Positions 10,640 through 14,251 of a stretch of DNA of 14,251 bases are shown piece by piece. The DNA comes from Paraspadella gotoi (Eukaryota > Animalia > Chaetognatha): the NCBI GenBank assembly GCA_051294375.1, contig JBJCIZ010001078.1:1-14251 (forward strand). Reading direction: 5' to 3'. The first letter of the stretch is position 1, and each line of letters begins with the position of its first letter. Both the position numbers and the translations under genes were made by a program. The notes under the pieces are model-generated. The model had not been told where the DNA came from, did not search any database, and saw only the letters and a list, made by a program, of their open reading frames with translations.

Positions 10640-11101
10640 CGTAACTGAACTGCCGTGAACTGGGAGGAGTAAGGACATCTCGATGACGCACTAAGAGGTT
10701 TTTTATTCTCAGAAAAAATGTGATCACAAAATTCAAGATGAAATTCTTTGCTCTTTCTTTTGGACCAGAAAGAACCAAGTGACAAATGCCAACACCAATC
10801 AAGCCCTCTATCTCTACTTTTACTTTCCGCCTCTCCTCTGATCCCCACTAAATTTCCCTGCTCATGTTTCCCATTGCCCCCGACCCATGTGAATCCTTTC
10901 ACTCTTCTGTGATTGTGTCGTAGCTCCAAGTGTGGTGCATAAGTTAGGTACACGGTCTTGTTTGACTTTTGGTGAGGGTTTGGCTTTGCCGCCGGCTCTG
11001 CTCTTGGTGAGTCCGTCTTGCTTCTGCTCCTGCATCTGGGTTGGGGAGGCGAGAGAGAGGAAACAGCAGCGGCTACCGTGGTCATCCGTGACGTTGATGC
11101 G
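10640..11101 (-). repeat. Putative 3' LTR (about 460 bp)
   Basis: Starts right after the PPT and has AATAAA about 60 nt from its far end. Composition switches to AT-rich flank near 10640. The second LTR copy is not in the window and canonical TG...CA ends are not evident, so the limits are inferred. Confidence 0.55.
10702..10707 (-). promoter_or_regulatory. Polyadenylation signal in the putative LTR
   Basis: TTTATT on the + strand is AATAAA on the element strand, near the distal end of the LTR-like segment. Confidence 0.5.
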
Positions 11102-11112
11102 TTCCCCCCCTC
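11102..11112 (-). other. Polypurine tract (plus-strand primer site)
   Basis: GAGGGGGGGAA on the element strand, about 30 nt after the reconstructed env stop, which is the expected position just before a 3' LTR. Confidence 0.7.
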
Positions 11113-11144
11113 AGTCCGGCGAAGTAGGGGGGGTTTATCCCGTC

Positions 11145-11303
11145 CTAGTGAGCTTCAGCTATTCCTGCGATCATGGCGTCCAGATTTTCGATCGTCGCCT
11201 CGATCTCTCTATTTGCGCAGCGCACGCATAGTTTGCAGCAGCGTATCCGCAGCAGCTGAGGCATAGAATGATTGCACTACTGCGGTGACCGCGGCGATGA
11301 AAT
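11145..11303 (-). other. Frameshifted transmembrane anchor and Cys-rich cytoplasmic tail of env
   Basis: Three successive frames read FIAAVTAVV, AIILCLSCCG and IRCCKLCVRCANREIEATIENLDAMIAGIAEAH-stop. The last segment is back in the env frame and ends with TAG at 11147-11145. Confidence 0.75.
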
Positions 11304-13046
11304 GGGGGCGGTGCGCGTAAGGCTGGTCCACCATTTTGTTAGCTTTGTTTCCCCCAAGACGTCTCTGAAGAAGGAGGCCGGTGATCCTGCGGTTATTTCT
11401 CCCATCCTCTGGTTGAATTCGTGGGCCTCGCCTGTGTACTTGATGTGTAGGTCCATGAATTTTCCGACGTCGTCGTACAAGTCGATTTCGGTTGTAATTT
11501 GTTCGTCTTTGTTGGGGATTGTCGTAGTTAATGATTTAAAGTTTTTGAACGGGCGACCCTTTGCGTCTCGATATTCGCCGTTTGTTTTGTAGATGGGCGG
11601 CGGGTCGCAGGGTGTCTGGTATGACGTTCCGATCACGTGATGATAAATGGCGTGTCGGAATGCAGCTCTGCCTCGGTAACTGATGGGCAGGTCCTGCCAA
11701 CAGTTCTTTGTGTCTCTTGTAAGGGCGAGAGTTCTTTTGCAGTTCGCCGTTACAAGCATTTCGCCCCTGAGGATGGCTATCTTCCCCTGATCGATGAAAG
11801 TTGTTGCAGCGGGGGATTTGTGCGCGTGTACGGCGGCTATCCGCGCTTCTTTTGCTCTCGAGACGCAGAGCTCGTGTCGGAGGGCGTCCGTGAGGCGGTT
11901 GATGCGTTGTCTGTTTTTGCTTGCTAGTTTAGATGCTTGTTCATGTAGTGCCTCCATGACTTGGCTGTCTCTTTTCAGTGCTGTTGGGGCGAGCGCCGAT
12001 ATGAAGAAATGTGGCGATGACGTGGCGTGCGCCACGAAATTGCATCCTTTGATCGTCTTGCTTTCTCCCGATGCCTTCAGTACGAAAGATACATTCGCTT
12101 TCCCGCCGCAGATTTCTTGGCAGCGTTTGAGTTGGGCGGCGCTGTGATTTGCGTAGATGGCCGCGCATTTCGTCCAGCAATTTCCGGCGATTTTTGCTTT
12201 TTCCGGGTTTTTGCACTCAATTGTTTGTTTGTTTTCGCATCCGCCTAGTGTCGTCATGATGTCCGCTTCGGCTACGGAGCGGATCATGCCGTCTTTTGTC
12301 GTGAAAACCGTTCCTTCGAATGCGATGACCGCTCTGCATTTGGCGTCTCTCCAGGTCAGGATGCCACCTGGGTAGATGCAGGTGCGGCTCTGTGTGTCGC
12401 ATCTTCCAGTCTTTGATTTAATTTCATCCGCTACTCGGATTCGTCGCGTGAAAAGGGTGAGATTCGACACTAGTTTCGCATTTTCCGACTCGTACGTATG
12501 TTCGTGGAAATTAAATTTTTCACCCGTACAGTAACCATCGGCGTCATTCGTGCCGATGTGGTGGGTTACTATGTTGGTTCCCAGCTTCCCTTCCATCTCG
12601 ATGGGGACGAGTATTCCCGTTTTATCGCTCACTCTGATGGGCAGGCTACTTAGAGAAACTTTCTTTTCGTCGTGCAGGTCCAGGCATATTTCTCGTGGTA
12701 ACGAGAAGTGATCGACGACGTCGATGTTTGGGTATGGGATGTTCCATCTTCCACATACCCGGCCGGTGGCGACCACGGTCAGGTCGCAGCCTTTTGCCTC
12801 ATGTTGTTCGTCGTCTGGGACAAAGATGAGCCGTGTTCGTCCGACTTCTTCCTGGATTTTTCCACTTTGTTCGCAGGATTCGATGCTGAGTGACGTTGCT
12901 GCATGATCCCGTGTAGCGTTGCAGTCGAAAACTGAAACTCGTCTTCCCAGTGTCTGTTCTACTATCTCGTCCTTTGTTATTTGGATTGTTTCGTTCGCCA
13001 TCATTACGATATACGCGGCGAGTATTATGCTTTTGAATTTCATCAT
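11277..13046 (-). CDS. env: Env-like membrane-fusion glycoprotein, chuvirus G / herpesvirus gB-like (class III) family; ectodomain intact, probably extends to the stop at 11145
   Basis: N-terminal signal-like segment MMKFKSIILAAYIVMMA. N-glycan sequons NET, NAT, NLT, NHS, NVS. Motifs in the order I recognise from chuvirus-like G: FDC..SLS...C; C.L.V.....CG; C...H; G...DG.C.G; C......C....G..TW....C.....FEG; F.L...C......T..P...I; long helix ending ELC...SP; GE......C; T..CWQDLPISY.....F; C.P. It sits downstream of integrase on the same strand. Confidence 0.85.
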   Translation of the reverse strand: MMKFKSIILAAYIVMMANETIQITKDEIVEQTLGRRVSVFDCNATRDHAATSLSIESCEQSGKIQEEVGRTRLIFVPDDEQHEAKGCDLTVVATGRVCGRWNIPYPNIDVVDHFSLPREICLDLHDEKKVSLSSLPIRVSDKTGILVPIEMEGKLGTNIVTHHIGTNDADGYCTGEKFNFHEHTYESENAKLVSNLTLFTRRIRVADEIKSKTGRCDTQSRTCIYPGGILTWRDAKCRAVIAFEGTVFTTKDGMIRSVAEADIMTTLGGCENKQTIECKNPEKAKIAGNCWTKCAAIYANHSAAQLKRCQEICGGKANVSFVLKASGESKTIKGCNFVAHATSSPHFFISALAPTALKRDSQVMEALHEQASKLASKNRQRINRLTDALRHELCVSRAKEARIAAVHAHKSPAATTFIDQGKIAILRGEMLVTANCKRTLALTRDTKNCWQDLPISYRGRAAFRHAIYHHVIGTSYQTPCDPPPIYKTNGEYRDAKGRPFKNFKSLTTTIPNKDEQITTEIDLYDDVGKFMDLHIKYTGEAHEFNQRMGEITAGSPASFFRDVLGETKLTKWWTSLTRTAPISSPRSPQ

Positions 13047-13064
13047 TTTGCCGTTTTCGTTTCC

Positions 13065-13080
13065 TTTTTTTTTTTTTTTT
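13065..13080. repeat. T16 homopolymer (A16 on the element strand), 18 nt upstream of the env ATG
   Basis: Read directly from the sequence. Confidence 0.95.
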
Positions 13081-13106
13081 GTTTAGGTTCGGTACGCTAA
13101 GGTTAG

Positions 13107-13276
13107 TTTATTTACAATTGATGAGAATAAGTTCACTAAGATTTGTATTTACAATTGATGAGAATAAGTTCGCTAAGATTTGTTTATTTGTTTATTTGTT
13201 TATTTTGATGAGAATAAGTTCATTAAGATTTGTATTTATAATTGATGAGAATAAGTTCGCTAAGATTTGTTTATTT
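13107..13276. repeat. Four-copy direct repeat in the pol-env spacer (a 37-bp-spaced pair duplicated with 87-bp period)
   Basis: TTGATGAGAATAAGTTCRYTAAGATTTGT starts at 13118, 13155, 13205 and 13242 (spacings 37, 50, 37). Copies 1/3 and copies 2/4 share variant bases. Confidence 0.95.
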
Positions 13277-13316
13277 CAACTTCTATTTCGCAAGTTTGGG
13301 GCGAGGGAGGAAAAAG

Positions 13317-13341
13317 TTTTTTTTTTTTTTTTTTTTTTTTT
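13317..13341. repeat. T25 homopolymer (A25 on the element strand)
   Basis: Read directly from the sequence. Confidence 0.95.
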
Positions 13342-13595
13342 GTCTTGAAAGTTTGGTTGCGACAGTTTCCACCCCAGTTTTCTTCTTTTCGATTTGTAAT
13401 GATGGTCCGGGCTTCGGCTCGCGTTTCAGTTCTTGGTCGTTCGTCGTTCTTATTTTCGTCGTCGTTTCTCCTCGTGGAGGGAGGTTTCTCTCTTTCGCGT
13501 TTCGGTTCTTTGTTCCTCCTCGCTCCTCCTAGGTCTAATTCCTACATGTCTGCAGTTTTTTCTTTCTTCATCCCGTTTTTCTTTCTCTGTTGCCG

Positions 13596-14249
13596 TTAGG
13601 ATTTGAAAACGGGTGCGTCGCCTCCTACTGCTTTCAGTCTTCGTCTGTGATAGGTGATTCGTTTTCCCGCTATCTCGACGATAAAATGGTTACCTCTTAT
13701 TTCCAGGATTTTGTGTGGGCCTGTGTATACAGTTTTAATCTTATTTGCGGCTGGCGCGGCTCCTGTGCGGATCAGGTCGCGCCTAACGTATGTCTGGTCT
13801 CCCACGGCCAGCTTCTTTGGGTCGCGGAAACGGTTTACTCTCTTTGACGTTCTGTTTCTGATTCTGCGTTGCTCGGCGATTCTATGCTGCGCCTCTTCCT
13901 GTCTGTCAGCTCTCAGTTTTGCGTAATCAGATAGATATTCATAAGTTTCTTCGTCTGGGGCCTCGATCAGTCTGGGTTTGTGTCCGAATTGTAGTTCGTG
14001 CGGGCTCATGTCTGTTTTCCACCCCGTTATGGGCGTGGCGTTGAGGGTGAGCAGTATGTGAGGCAGTTTCTTTAACCACGCTGTTGCATCGTCATCAACT
14101 GCCTTTCTCAGCGCCTGTCTGATTCGGCCGATGTCTCTTTCAGCTCTGTTGCTATTTTTTCTTGAGACTAGGGTCCTTCGTCCGCTTGTGTCGAGGAGAT
14201 CGAGGAAGCTTCGCATTTCTTCGCCGTTAAGTGATGTGGCGCCATCAAA
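13596..14249 (-). CDS. pol: Pol polyprotein C-terminus: integrase catalytic core (second D and E) plus GPY/F module; 5'-partial
   Basis: The frame stays open upstream of the track's Met to the window edge (FDGATSLNGEE-MRSFLD...). FDGA...NSNRAER matches the xDxG...SNGxAER core. WLKKLPHILLTLNATP...SPHELQFGHKPRL and KIKTVYTGPHKILEI...YHRRRLK match Ty3/gypsy post-core and GPY/F motifs. No chromodomain follows. Confidence 0.92.
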   Translation of the reverse strand, partial: FDGATSLNGEEMRSFLDLLDTSGRRTLVSRKNSNRAERDIGRIRQALRKAVDDDATAWLKKLPHILLTLNATPITGWKTDMSPHELQFGHKPRLIEAPDEETYEYLSDYAKLRADRQEEAQHRIAEQRRIRNRTSKRVNRFRDPKKLAVGDQTYVRRDLIRTGAAPAANKIKTVYTGPHKILEIRGNHFIVEIAGKRITYHRRRLKAVGGDAPVFKS

Positions 14250-14251
14250 GT

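Larger units (their letters stand above)
10640..14251 (-). mobile_element. Env-bearing Ty3/gypsy-type LTR retrotransposon (endogenous retrovirus-like), 3' portion; gag, PR, RT, RH and the 5' LTR would lie beyond the right edge
   Basis: Minus-strand order is integrase, spacer, env-like glycoprotein, purine tract GAGGGGGGGAA, then about 460 bp of LTR-like sequence with AATAAA. The region is visibly more GC-rich and has far longer ORFs than the flank. The left boundary is approximate. Confidence 0.88.

Noticed and set aside
11272-12906. Plus-strand and alternate-frame ORFs overlapping env
   Set aside because: Short shadow ORFs of a GC-balanced coding region, mostly with non-ATG starts and no motifs.
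13107-13276. Mini CRISPR array (29-bp repeats)
   Set aside because: The gaps are only 8-21 nt and are themselves repetitive. It is a tandem duplication inside a retroelement.
13079-13926. Plus-strand ORFs over the spacer and integrase
   Set aside because: Products of the repeats, the poly-T runs and antisense reading of pol.
13596-14249. BEL/Pao assignment suggested by the chuvirus-like env
   Set aside because: The integrase has gypsy-type SPxELxFGxxPR and GPY/F motifs and lacks the Pao-type WxGxxER and WxLGRI motifs. RT is needed for a final call.

Overview
This is eukaryotic genomic DNA, probably from an invertebrate: AT-rich, microsatellite-dense and not obviously CpG-depleted. The right quarter (about 10640-14251, minus strand) is the 3' part of a Ty3/gypsy-type LTR retrotransposon. 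In element order it contains the C-terminal half of integrase (D..E core plus GPY/F module), a 550-bp spacer with A-tracts and a 4-copy repeat, an env-like ORF, a polypurine tract and a probable 3' LTR. The env Cys/motif pattern matches chuvirus-type (class III, gB-like) glycoproteins rather than the baculovirus F-type env of classic errantiviruses. It also carries an apparent extra six-cysteine module with a twin CX3C motif. Its missing transmembrane anchor can be rebuilt by restoring three single bases. The rest of the window is degenerate tandem arrays (about 22, 14, 33 and 45 bp units), CT/GA microsatellites, a disrupted acidic coding-like stretch and a possible host promoter (ETS + X-box). 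Indel noise suggests a long-read assembly. All family assignments come from motif recognition by eye; no searches were run.
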